From Tubiluchus corallicola (lineage: Eukaryota > Animalia > Priapulida): a DNA stretch of 64,000 nucleotides. Both the position numbers and the translations under genes were made by a program. Location of the stretch: positions 62,001 through 126,000 of the forward strand of contig JAQGDQ010000279.1 in assembly GCA_030141605.1 (NCBI GenBank), given 5' to 3'. The notes beneath the pieces were generated by a model, which saw only the letters and a program-made list of their open reading frames with translations, was not told where the DNA came from and did no database searches. Shown piece by piece: positions 36,510 to 49,296 of the stretch. Within the stretch, counting starts at the first letter, position 1; every line of letters begins with the position of its first letter.

Positions 36510-39239
36510 CTTTCTCTAACATATTAGCCTTAATTGTTACTGTTTGTAATTTGAAAACTCTTTAATTTAATGAGTAAAATAATTGCGGGCAAAACAACTG
36601 CAAGTTTATTCTATTCAGATAATGATGCCCGTTAAAGCGAAAACCCCTGTAATAATAATCAAGTTTGAGGCTATACAGGTCATTCAGCGTCATATTCATA
36701 TAAAGATGTTAAATTAAGTGTAATTACCAAATTTACCACATTTTGACAGCTATGACACCATTTATTATTATCTTGAGCAATTATGGCTTTGAGTTTTAAA
36801 AAAAAAGTTTGCATAAAGAATTCCATGCAAGTTGTGTTTTTGTTTACTGGATAATAGCACCCATATTTCATGCAGCGATGCCTTTCATAATGTAACTACG
36901 TCTTTGTCAGAACAGCCAGAAACTTTGCCACAGTCCGTAATTCTATTTAGATGCAGAAATATGTCTCGCAAATATTTTCTAAATTGCTACTGGAAAATCT
37001 GTCAATATTGCGCAAAATTGCGGCCTTTGTAATGCGCCGAATGGCTGCGGGTGAGATCGTACGAATCAACGGCTAAAAGCCTTTTCGCGTTCGTGGACAA
37101 AACGTAATTAAAACATTTACCTGGCGTAATTGAGCCGTCATAATTAGACAAACTGACGGCGAGTGAGGGCATTTACGTACATTTATTGCAAATATTGTTT
37201 CGCTGCTATTGTTGTGCCTGATAAACAAGAAAATGCTTTGCTACTTCCGGCGCTAATGTTGTTTCATCGATCACAGTGGGACATGCGCGCGCACGTAATA
37301 ACTACAGTTTACGAACAAAAGGCTGAAATTACAGGTAACTTAAAGAAAACTAGTAGGCCTAATAACGAATTTTACAAAACTGCAGTTAGGGTAAACCGGA
37401 AAAAGCAATTTTCTCAATGTTTTGCAATTCTTCGCATCCATTGTTAAAACTAAGTAGTTCCTTTACTTAATAAGAAAAAGCGCAAACAACTATTTTAAGT
37501 ATACTATACCGACTATTGAATTGCTTCATCACAAATTTTACAAATTTCGTACATACATGTATACGCATAATTTTATGACTTTAAAATTATGCGGAAATCA
37601 AACAAGATATACATTGTATTTGCTTGTATACATATTTTTCGTATAATTTTTGTTGTTTTTATTTTTTCAATTCATATGTTATTTATCTTTTTACACTCGC
37701 ATTTTAATGCATTTTTCTATTTTGTCTGCACATTGTTAGCTTTTCAATTTCAAGCTCGTACTTTGCGCTCTTTGCAGGACGTTTTATAATAGATAATTGC
37801 AGCAAAACCTCTAGAAGCCATCATCCAACACGTCTGTCGATTCACTCACTCTTCTTACAGAATTATCCTTAACATAAGATTTCGGTGTTGCCATGCATTA
37901 AGTCACCCTGCCGTTGAGTGCCTAATGTCAACTGTAGAGTGTCGAACAGTATAGAAACAGCACGTTATTTTCATGGAACACAATTCAATCTTAATTTACC
38001 AAAGCAAAGTTTATTAAAATCACGTATATATTATAATTATATAATTATTTATTTTGTGATTTTAATAAAGTTCACGTTGTTTTCAGCATCACAACGCCTG
38101 TACTCACTACCTACTACCATCATTCACTACCCGCTACCTGTAATCACTACGCGCTAACTGTAACCGCTATCCACTAGCACTAGAAGGAGCGAGAATTTTC
38201 CCTACATAAAAAACAGCATGAGCGGTCAAACTTGACCACTGCCATTTTTGAAAGAAAGAATACTATGGTTATTATTGTTATTAAGGTTGACTTTGTCACC
38301 ATGGTTACTAGTATTAACTAATTACTTAGACTGGCCAATTATTCAGACTAACTAAAAAGTTAATTAGGCTAATTCATTGTAAGTCGCATATAAATAAAGC
38401 ATGACAATGCTTTTCTTGCAAAAATCTGGTATTTTGAAAAGTAATTTGAACATCTAAGTCGTTACAAGTTTCTAAACAAACTGAGCAGTAACCACAAGTT
38501 ACTATCAGATTATAATTATTATTATAATTATTATGCTATTTTTTTCGTGTTCACGTGCTGTCCTCACATCTCATACACTGACTTTACTCCTAGAATGTGC
38601 CGACGTCTGCTTTTATACAAAATATACCTGTAGCATTTCATAATCACATAAACACGCATGAAAGCAATAATTAATAATTAGAAGGTTTGAAAAATTGCAC
38701 TCTATTGGGACTCGAACCCAAGATATTGTGCTTTCCATGAATCTACGATAAATCACTTCATCGATTCGTGAAGTACCAATACCCTACAGGTTCTGTAAAG
38801 CATCTGATGACTGGGACGAGGGGTTTCTAGACAAGACATATAGAATATCACAGCGAAAAGTCGCTAATTGTTTGCAGCTCCTAAATCTTTTCACTATTTA
38901 TTACGAAATGTGCAAAGCATCACAACTAATGTTATGTTTTACTGGCATGAAATGTCCTGACTGAAAACTCAAAACTACATGTAAATGCAGAATATGTATA
39001 TATATATTACGTACAATATACAATACATGTACGGTACGTTAGTTTGCAGTCGAAGTGCTTACTGATAAAACAAAAACTGCTGTAAACTACTAGAAAGAAA
39101 TTTTATTATCAAGTGAAGAATATGGTTTGGTGAAAATGAATGTGTCTGAGTTTCGTTTCGGTTTAGTTCAGTTTCAGCCTCAATGGGCCAAAAAATATAA
39201 AACACAAACATTATAGGGAGATAGATAAAACACCTCTAT

Positions 39240-39635
39240 AAATCACGTGGCGCAAAAACGCGTCTAAGTTTTGACGGTATTACAAGAAGAAAATAACGAA
39301 ATCGCATGAAAATTACTATATCGATGTTGCAGACGTTTATGTTTTTAATGCTGAAATTTTTAGGTCATTTCCTTTAATTATTCCAAAGATCCAGAAATTT
39401 CAAATCAAAAATTCAAGAAAATAAATGCCGGAAAAATTGTGTGTCACTAATGTTAATTTTCCTGTCGTAACTTAAAAACGACTAAAACCATAAACTTGTA
39501 ACTTTCACAACCAAAAGCTAATGTATTGTTATAGCGTGCTGTGAAATTTCAACTTTATAGAGCACATGTTTCTAACATTATTGTAGTCCAAACTTCGACA
39601 CGTTTTTTCTGACACCCCCCCCCCCCCCCCCGATA
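39240..39635. mobile_element. Tc1/mariner-like MITE relic ending in a poly-C run
   Basis: Degenerate inverted ends gcaaaaacgcgtctaagttttgac / gtccaaacttcgacacgttttttctgacaccc. Confidence 0.45.
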
Positions 39636-40170
39636 CATGTGCGGTCTGAAAAGTCATACAATGGCGCCACTGAAAATCATTTGGCTTCAGGGCATGTTCT
39701 TGATTTCAAAAACGGTCAAAAATGACCCCTCGGTCCTTTTAGCGCTTGGCGAACTTGGTCAGTAGCTAGTAAAACAAGCAGACACGGGGATTTACCTTGC
39801 AAATTCACTGATAATCCCTGAAGCCAGTGTGGCATCTCTTTAATGGGGGATTTGCCTGAAAGCTTACAGATTTGAATCATTTGCTTGGGTGAACCTTTTA
39901 CGTAACAGCCTGCGCAATTTCTTTTATCTTTAGCAACCCCGTACTGAGGCAATTTTCTAAAATGGCGTTGTTTCCATTGTATTTAACATAGTTATTATTG
40001 TTGGTTTTAGCTGGTAATTAACAAAGTCTGTGCATTTTTGCAAAAGCATATTCAGCAGAGACATTAGCCAATTTGTCAGTGTGAAAATGGATTTTTGGAA
40101 ACGAAAGGCTTGTGACTCACAAAAACAGAGAATTGGTGTTCTAGCTGGCATTGCTGGCACGCCCGTTCTC

Positions 40171-40222
<52 letters not shown>

Positions 40223-40234
40223 CGACGATGATGA
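40171..40234. repeat. (ATG)n microsatellite
   Basis: Direct reading. Confidence 0.9.
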
Positions 40235-40692
40235 TATTGTTGTTGTTGTTGGTATTGCTGTTGTCGTTGTATCTGCTGCTGCTGTAATTTTGTTCTAATT
40301 TTCTCCGAAGATGCTCACTGTTACTGTTCTATTCACTGAATAAAATACAACTGCTGAATGGAAGTAAAATTAATGTCTCTTTTGCTATTTTACTTGTTCG
40401 TTATAAAATTATAAATACCTTCTGCTATAAGCAAATATCTGGTCACAAAAAACGACTGCCCAACGTTCATTCCTTGCAAGCAAATGTTATCGTCAAAGGT
40501 ATTATTCAAGACAATTACAAAAACACACAGTTTGGACCTGAGACATGCAACATACATACACAGACTACACATACGCTAAAGAGGTTTGTTCCCTAATACA
40601 AATTTAATTTTAAAATTCTGTGATCAGAGGCTGTTCATCTGTCCTCATTTAAGGCTGCTTCTACTACTGGCGCTGCCGCTGCGGCTGGATCT

Positions 40693-43600
40693 TCATTTCT
40701 TCATTTTTGATGCAACAGTCAGCACCAGATTTTGTATATCCACACTGCGCTGGCGACCAGTTTCTAAGACTTCTTCGTGGTTAGCCAATTCCTTGCTTTC
40801 GTAGTCCATGACGACCATATTTGTAATCATTGAGATACCCAGAACGTTCAGGCCACAGTGTCTGGCAATAATCACTTCGTGACAAGTGCTCATACCAACA
40901 GCGTCCGCGCCCAGGAGGCGCAGTAGTCGACTTTCTGCCACAGTTTCGAACGACGGACCTCCTAACATGACGTAGACGCCCTCGCGGATGAAGTTTTTGA
41001 AGCCTAAATCTTTGCACGCTTCTTTGGCTAGATCTCGTAGATGTTGGTCGTATGCGTTACTCACAGGAATGAACCGTTCACCAAATCGCTGGTCATTGGG
41101 GCCTCGGAGAGGGCTGTTACCTGCAAAATGGAAGAGAACCATAAAGCAGCTAATTATATAAAATGGGGGAGCACTAGCTCGCAGAAGCACATCATGAAAA
41201 AGACTGTTCTGGTGAAAGTTACTATCTTCCGTCAGTTTTAGTGACACTCATGAAATCTTTAAAGCAGGGTACTGAGTATACTGTATTTTCTTCAAGAAAC
41301 TGTATACCAAAACAGTGATACTGTATTTAGTGTATATGCTAAATCTGCAGCTAAAAGATTTAGTAAGGTCAACAATTCATTTAACTAAAACTTATTCGTT
41401 TAAATCAAGAAACGATAAACAAAAAAATGCCTGTTAGAGTCTAAAGAACTGAAATTACAAAATGTGTATATATAAAGAATATTTATGGCTGAAATAGATA
41501 AAGTAATAATGATGCCGAAGGACACAAAGTTAACGTAACAACACAAAGAACAGTAAAAATGAATTTAAAAATCTCGCAATTGGAAAACAAGGAAAAAAGC
41601 AGAAGGGAGAAATACAGATGTACTGTAACAGATGTCACGTTAGCCAGTGATTTTATACTTCTGTGTTTTTCCAATGTGTTTTTATCACTGTGTTTCTATG
41701 TGCTGCTGTATTCTTTTAACACATACAAAACACGTCAAAAATTGATATTAGTTACATGAGATTTTTTTCGTCATTTAAACTGCAATGGCAATTTGAAATG
41801 TCGTGTTTTTCTTTCTTATTTGTCGTTTTTTTAGTTATGGATTTTTAAATTTAAACTTTGCACATACATTGTTAATTTAAAAATTCATTTAAAGTTGGAA
41901 AATTTCTTGTTAACTAATGAAATTAGTTTTAAATCAAAAGTCGCTTTTATCAAATTAATAATCAGTTCCCGTTACATATAGAAACTGACAGACACCACAA
42001 GCAAAACTAAAATACTAGTTAATAAAAGACGGCAAACAGTGTAATTCAGGAGAACAGAAAGAAAAACATTTTGTACTATACTGATCTAAACACAACGAAC
42101 TAAATCTTAAATTGCATGCAAATATTTGTGAGCTCCGTCCTGAATTTCTCGGTTTTGCGTGATAAAGACAAATTTCTATTCATTATGAAAAGTGAAGAAG
42201 TAGAGCTCTGACAAATAATATGCCACTTTATTAATGATTTTTTTGGAAATCGGGTGGTTTGGGTGAGGTATTTTTAACTATAAACACTAGATTTTATCAA
42301 CGTTTGATTATCGATAAATCAGTGAAATACGTGCGGGCTACGTCTTTCCGTTTTGTAATTTCCTTTGTGATGAGTTATTATATATCTCGTGTTTTTCCAT
42401 GTTTGCTTGATTGTTAATGTTAATTAATATTAATGATATTGTTATTGTTACTGCTACTGTTATTGTTACTGTTACTGTCACTGTCATGTCACTGTTATTG
42501 GTATTATTACTGTTACTGTTACTGCTACAGATACTGTTACTGTTACTCTTACTCTTACTCTTACTCTTACTCTTACTCTTACTCTTACTCTTACTCTTAC
42601 TCTTACTCTTACTCTTACTCTTACTCTTACTCTTACTCTTACTCTTACTCTTACTCTTACTCTTACTGTTACTGTTACTGTTACTCTTACTCTTACTCTT
42701 ACTCTTACTCTTACTCTTACTCTTACTCTTACTCTTACTCTTACTCTTACTCTTACTCTTACTCTTACTCTTACTCTTACTCTTACTCTTACTCTTACTC
42801 TTACTCTTACTCTTACTCTTACTCTTACTCTTACTCTTACTGTTACTGTTACTGTTATTGTTATTGTTATGAGTTGAAGTTGGTTACAAAAATACGGTGA
42901 ATAAACGGAGATGCATTTGCGACATTACTTCATTTTTATTGCCAGTGAACACAAAATAACAAAAACGAAACATCGGGCTGTCATCCTGAGCAGCCGACAT
43001 TACTTCCACCTCTGTAACAACTAACTAACTAGGTCAAAAGCAAGTTACAGAACACAGGTGAGAAGCCAACCTGGCGCTTAAATTAGAATCGGCAGGCGGG
43101 TCATAACATTATTATTAGTTAAAGCTGACAAGACTGGCAAACACTGACGTTCTTAAAGCAAGTAAAGTTACATTTGGAACCATTTTCTAGTCCTCAAACA
43201 AGAAGCCCGATGAATTTATAAGCAGCCGTTCTGCATCTGTAGGTGTCTTAAAGGTAAAAAATGTGAAAAAACGAGTAGCAGTGTATCTATAAATGCTCTT
43301 AACATGTATATTCAATTCCTTATTTCTACTGAACCGTGGCAGCTTTAATTGCTTCTTTTTGTCATATTTGCAGGTACCGCATTTTCATTTTTGGTGTTTC
43401 GAAGTTACTTCACTATAGTCCTGTTTCCGAGTTACATAAATTTGTTTTTTTAGTTACCTTTTTGTTTTTGTTTTCTTTTTTATTTATTTTTCTGGCCATT
43501 GTAAACCCAGAATTGAAAATTGCTAATTATAAAAGGTAATTATGACCTGACAACATCACTTGTTGATTACCTGCGAATCCGGGGAAGAAAATGTGATCTT

Positions 43601-44036
43601 TGATTATCATGAAATCACCCACGTTGTAGTCTGGATTTAAGCCGCCAGAGGCGTTCGTGATAATCAAATGTTCAACGCCCATCAAGTGAAAGACTCTGAC
43701 AGGCATGGCACAAGTGGAAATGTCATAGCCTTCATATGTATGGAACCTCCCTTGCATCATCACTGCATCCACCCCTGCAAGCTGTCCAAAAACCAACCGC
43801 CCAGCGTGTCCTGGAACAGTGCTGACAGGAAAATTTGGTATGTCCTTGTAGTTAAAAACCTCCTTTTCGTCCAAGACGTCTGCCAAACCACCACAACCCG
43901 TGCCTAGGATGATAGCCAATAATGGTCTTCGTTTGGTGTGGTCTAGAAGATAATCCGTAATTGCTTTCACTTCTTCATACGTGTACGGAGAAGCGTGAAC
44001 GGCTTTTGCGATTTTTTGATGCGTTTTTGCCGCCAT
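40693..44036 (-). CDS. PNP: Purine nucleoside phosphorylase (trimeric, 6-oxopurine type), 297 aa; exons 43571-44036 and 40693-41120
   Basis: [75 protein letters not shown]|[62 protein letters not shown]. Phosphate-binding His/Arg/His and base-binding Glu and Asn are present. 466+428=894 nt in frame; context CAAAATGGCG. Confidence 0.96.
42505..42870. repeat. (TTACTC)n/(TTACTG)n microsatellite in the PNP intron
   Basis: Direct reading; roughly 45-50 TTACTC units. Confidence 0.95.
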
Positions 44037-44221
44037 TTTGTGTTGAACAAACGAAAACAAAATTTAACAAAAAAAAATTGCCAAACAAAGACGCTGAAAG
44101 GGCAAGACCATCGTTCCTCCACTTAGCCAAAATCCAAAAGGCACCATCGCCTCATCCTTACCCTGCTGACTTTCGGACTAAGAACATGTCGTCATTAACA
44201 ACTAGCAATAACGTCATTTAG

Positions 44222-44229
44222 TGACGTCA
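44222..44229. promoter_or_regulatory. Palindromic CRE (TGACGTCA) about 190 bp upstream of the PNP ATG
   Basis: Exact GTGACGTCAC palindrome with an adjacent half site ACGTCA; function inferred only. Confidence 0.45.
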
Positions 44230-44747
44230 CAAACTACCTTATAAATACTTTGAACTACGTCAATGTTGGCATGTAATTTAAATCAAGAAATTATGAGTGA
44301 AATCTGTAAACGAATTTAAAAGGGAACTCTGGTCTTGGTACTACCCACTGCCTACTGTCTCTATTGGGAATGCAAACATGGGCTTTGACAGTTCAATTTC
44401 AAAGGTTTTTGGCTTCACAACGGCCTCTCACATCACATCCCTTTCCCACCCCAACGCAACAAAAAACTCAAATTTTGTAACATATAATTTAGAGAAGGAC
44501 AAGAGAGTTTTAGCGGAAAAAGCGGGTGAGCAATTCTTTTATGGCATATTTCAAAATTATAGAGTTATCATATACAACTATAGCATAGAAATAGGTTTTT
44601 ACGAGGAATTACTTTTGAATCACAAACTTGGTCGTTAAAGTTTCTTTAATAGAAATAAAGAAAATTCGAGCAAATTTATGTTGATTAGATTCAAACTCGC
44701 CATTAGATTATGACGTAATTCTCATTAACAAAATTTAATGCCATTGT

Positions 44748-45530
44748 CAGAGGCGGATTAACATTAGGTTAAAGAGGCCATATCCTAAGGCCCTAAGTTT
44801 TGCTAGGCTCTCGGAGTCCTGAGACGGACCTATTAAACAGATAATGTTATTTAGTAAAAACAATAACTAAATCATTTAAAAGTGAACGTGCTGAAATCAA
44901 GAAAGTTATATTTGTTTTTCTTTTTTGTTGTTTGTTTTTTGTTTTTCTTATAAGCTATTGAGCTTATATTGTACACAAAATATTTTCATTTTTCACAATA
45001 GACCCACACATTTGGACACAGGATGCTTTGCCACAAAGGCAACTTGAGACAGTTTGGGCAAAGTTTGTTTTGGACAAAGATTATTTGGCCGTATGGGTCA
45101 TTTAGACATAAAAATTTGATACTTCTAAGAGCAGCACATCTAAACATGTGCAGCACACTTCTCATTGTCCAATGTTTTAGAATCATCTTTTCTGATTGAC
45201 GAAACAGCAACTCACCTTTTGGCCAAAGGCACGATTATCAAAATCATTTTCGTTCGTTACCAGTAACGACAAAGGCTGTTAGTAACTCTATATAAACATT
45301 GAAGAACAGCTCTCTTTTTTAATAGTTTCCATGAAGTTTGATGGCAATTTGACTTGTGTGGGAGTTTATTTTTAACCTAATAGTTAATCAAATGCATACG
45401 ATTTTGTGCTGAAATATTGCGTGCGAATAGATTTCGGGATCGGCAGAATAGCACAATTGGATGTAGTGCGTAGCCTATACATTTAGGCTATTCGTTTTTT
45501 GTAGGCTTATACCTTTGAAATCCGCCCCTG
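44748..45530. mobile_element. Non-autonomous hAT element upstream of PNP
   Basis: TIRs CAGAGGCGGATT / AATCCGCCCCTG; 8-bp TSD gccattgt/gccatcgt. Confidence 0.8.
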
Positions 45531-46711
45531 GCCATCGTTGAAATGAAACTCTTGCAGATATCTTATTTCTTCGTTTAAACGCCCACTACTTTTAAGACTT
45601 GCAAGCGGTCCAATTACAACATATACAGCTCTCAGAGCTTTTGCTTCATTGAGGGCGTATTGTTCCTACAATTGGGCACTTATTTCACCATTAATTTAGC
45701 ATTTTCAGAATAAAGAACAATAACTATAGACGTAATGAGCGGCAATTTGTCAGAATTTGGCGTTGTATCGATTCGCGCTGTGATAACGACTCAATCTCTA
45801 GAGAGGTAATTGTGGCGGTTTTTGCCGGGGAATTACCTGCATTTGCAAAATATTTTCTTGTCAGGTTAATTTGTGTTTATAATCAAGCGCTAAACCGATT
45901 GACTTGCTTTGTTCTTGCTGCTCTGAGGAAGGGGAATTTAAAATCAAATTCAGACAATTCCAAGCAAGTAAAAATGCTGAGAATTGATTTTAATTGTTTA
46001 GTTCGCCTTTACATAAACTTCTTATCAATCAATCAGTTTCATCAGTATATTAACTTTATCGATTAGGGTTATATATGGATACTTCTCTGCCTTATGCCTT
46101 GGTCTATTAATAATTAATTTTAACGAAATAAAATTTAATATTTAATGTTATAGAACTTACTTTCTGTTTGATAACGTGGTTAATATTATTCTGATGAATA
46201 TTAACACCCTGGGATTTTATAATAAAATCGCACAAGTAAGTATAAATAAATGCGCTTATAGCCGAAAACACCCCGCATAAGTACCCTAGAATACCCAAAG
46301 ATAGACATCATTTTGTTAGGCTGTTGTCAACCCTAAATTTAGTAATATTTAATTTAGTTATGATCTTAATTACGATATAGAATATTACTGATTATTATAC
46401 ATATGTACTTAATTTTGTCCATACACCAATGTCATGATTTTGTCTGCGCCATCTTAGTAGTCACTTAATTATTTGTTAATACGTAAATTTTGTAAATAAG
46501 CTCTGTGTTTTGTTTTTATATATCAAGATTTATTTTTTTTCGTAATTTTAGTTGTAAATGACGCTATTGCCAATATTCAGTCAGTCACTTACGTTGTATA
46601 TGATTGACTGGTGTGCTGCCTCCTGTACGCAGTGCACATTTCTTATGTGCAATGTACTTTTACTTTGAATATGCAAGATTTTAATTGGCAAATAAAGGAT
46701 TTATCTAACTA

Positions 46712-46770
<59 letters not shown>

Positions 46771-46945
46771 TTCTGTCTGCCTATGTATCTATCTATCTGT
46801 CCATCCATCCATCCATCCATCCATCCATCCATCCATCCATCCATCCATTCGTCCTTCCATACGTTCATCCATCCGTCCGTCCATCCATCCGTCCATCCAT
46901 CCATCCATCCGTGCATCCATCCGTTTATCCAGCCATCCAACCATA
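46712..46945. repeat. (TCTG)n-(CCAT)n compound microsatellite
   Basis: Direct reading. Confidence 0.9.
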
Positions 46946-49069
46946 CATTCACCAATTCTTCTATCTAAAATTGTCTTCATCATCACATGGACATCTCATG
47001 AAAAACATAGGCCTAACATTTGTCATAATTTAAATTCAATAAAATGCGCCACACGAACAATATTCACGGACTCACATTCAGATTAAGTTAGTTTATCTCC
47101 TGTAATCATACACAATAAATATACACAAGCAAAAAATAATTAAATTTACAGATAGAGTGGCAGAAAACCGTATCGTTAGAGAATCAGCCACCCTTTTAGT
47201 TAAAGTTAACAGAACGAATTTTAAATTCCGAGGTGATTTAAGGCTGGATATAAGAATTAGAATACGCAGGTATGGATATAAGTTGTTGCCTGTTATGCAT
47301 TCACAGTCAACATTAAGGTCATATTGTAAATATTATTAATTAAGATTATGAACAATTAATTCAACGCCCAGAGATTATTCTAGGCTTTAAATTAATAACA
47401 GAAATTAATCTAACTGGTAAACGATTAGTGTAGTGTGAGTAAACTATAACTCGAAAAAAATCAATTGTTTGGTGAGCCAAACTCAATTAAGGATTACAGT
47501 TTAATTAAGACTTGTCGTAATCACAAGAGCTGAGTAGTCTAGTAGATATCACGTTCAACTTGTAATCCAAAGGTTTGTGGTTCAAAGTCAGTTCCGAGTT
47601 TTTCACATTTCCTATTAGGTTAAATTTGGCTTTTAAATTTTATTATTATTTTTATTACTACAATTATTTCATGTAATAGTTTTGAGTCTCAATTCGAATA
47701 ACAAAGAGGTAGTTCTTAATGATAACAATAGATAGATTAAATAAAAAATCACACATTAAAAAAGAAATGTTTCAATGCAGTGCCTACCATAAAAAGCCAT
47801 ATTTTTTGGTAATAGCAGTAATATCTCCTTTCTACATTTCTTATTACCGTGACCACGCCATCATATGGGACTAGGGGGGGGGGGGTCGGCTTCTGATAGC
47901 ATCTCATTCGGAAATCCCGACGCAATCCAGACCAGTTTAAGGTAATCAACTCCTGGTAACTCTATCCACGCGCGACTTGTCATAATTAAGGTAATTGGCA
48001 TCTCCAACCATCAACTTTTACAAACAAAATAACCCTTGCAGAAACATAAACACATGGCATTGTTAGCTGGATACAAATTAAGCCGAATTAGCCGCCATAA
48101 TGTTGCCTCCAAAGTGAACAACTGGCGCTGAATCGAGTGTCGCCTCGGAGGTGTGGGAAGGGAGGAGGAAAAGATAACATTTCTGCTTCCCGCGGAGTGA
48201 CGCTGCTACGTCTGCTCCCAACAACTCAGTTGTATGATATGAAATATACCTTTTCAACATGCCTTTTAGAGAGCTCACTTTTTAAAACGTAGAAATTATT
48301 TAAACTTATGTGACAAAAGTGATGTAATTTTTTTTCAAACACCCTATATATTAAGTTTTAATAGTTCTATGAACAATTTGTATCTTCTGGTTGACTTTAA
48401 GGTGATTAACTTTCTGTTCATTCCTTGGCAGATTACAAAAGAGATGTCTCACATTAGCACTACTAATATTTTTATAGATGGCGATACCTGTTCAGCGTTT
48501 TAAACATTTTGCTGTGTATATTTACACATTATATTATCATCTATTAACAAGAAAAAGAAACTGTCATTATGATTAATCTTCGTAGTAATAAGAAATTGGT
48601 TGTCATTTTCAAAGAAGTGTATTATATTCTTTCATATTACTTATTTTATAATTATAATTTTAGAAAACAAGAAGCTGCCCAAAATGTCTCAGGGCCCAAA
48701 TTTTTTGGGTTCTCTTATAATGCTAGTGCAAGAGCAATTAACTGCTAACCTTGTGCACTATACTAACATATTTTGATATATTACGTTGTAAGTCCACGTA
48801 TAGCTTGTGTACTAGGTTGAACAACAGTGAAAACAGTATTTGTAAAAATATTATCAGTTCTGTTGCAAGATTCATCTATGAAATTAAAGATTTGTGTCGT
48901 AAAATTCTGTATCAACAAAGGTAAAATTTATAGCCTAGATGTATAGCCTCTACGTACTTGGAGATGCATGTTTTTCGTGGCCATGTTTGGATATGCTTGC
49001 TTTTATCGTTGAAGAAATTTAGTATTTTTTCCGTTAGTGAAATTTAGTAATTTTCATGCGTTCATTTTC

Positions 49070-49296
49070 TGTGTAGTGTAGTATAGTGTAGTGTAGTGTA
49101 GTGTTGTGTAGTGTAGTGTAGTGTAGTGTAGTGTAGTGTAGTGTAGTGTAGTGTAGTGTAGTGTAGTGTAGTGTAGTGTAATGTAGTGTAGTGTAGTGTA
49201 GTGTAGTGTTGTGTAATGTAGTGTAGTGTAGTGTAGTGTAGTGTAGTGTAGTGTAGTGTAGTGTAGTGTAGTGTAGTGTAGTATAGTGTAGTGTAG
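49070..49296. repeat. (GTGTA)n microsatellite
   Basis: Direct reading. Confidence 0.95.

Noticed and set aside
40648-40695. Possible stop-codon readthrough of PNP giving RSSRSGSASSRSSLK*
   Set aside because: Context is TGA-A, not the leaky TGA-CTAG, and the tail ends SLK rather than the peroxisomal SKL.
42411-42900. Poly-Leu and Tyr-Ser ORFs
   Set aside because: (TTACTC)n microsatellite inside the PNP intron.
46611-47033. ORFs with SIHP/MDGW repeats
   Set aside because: (TCTG)n-(CCAT)n microsatellite.
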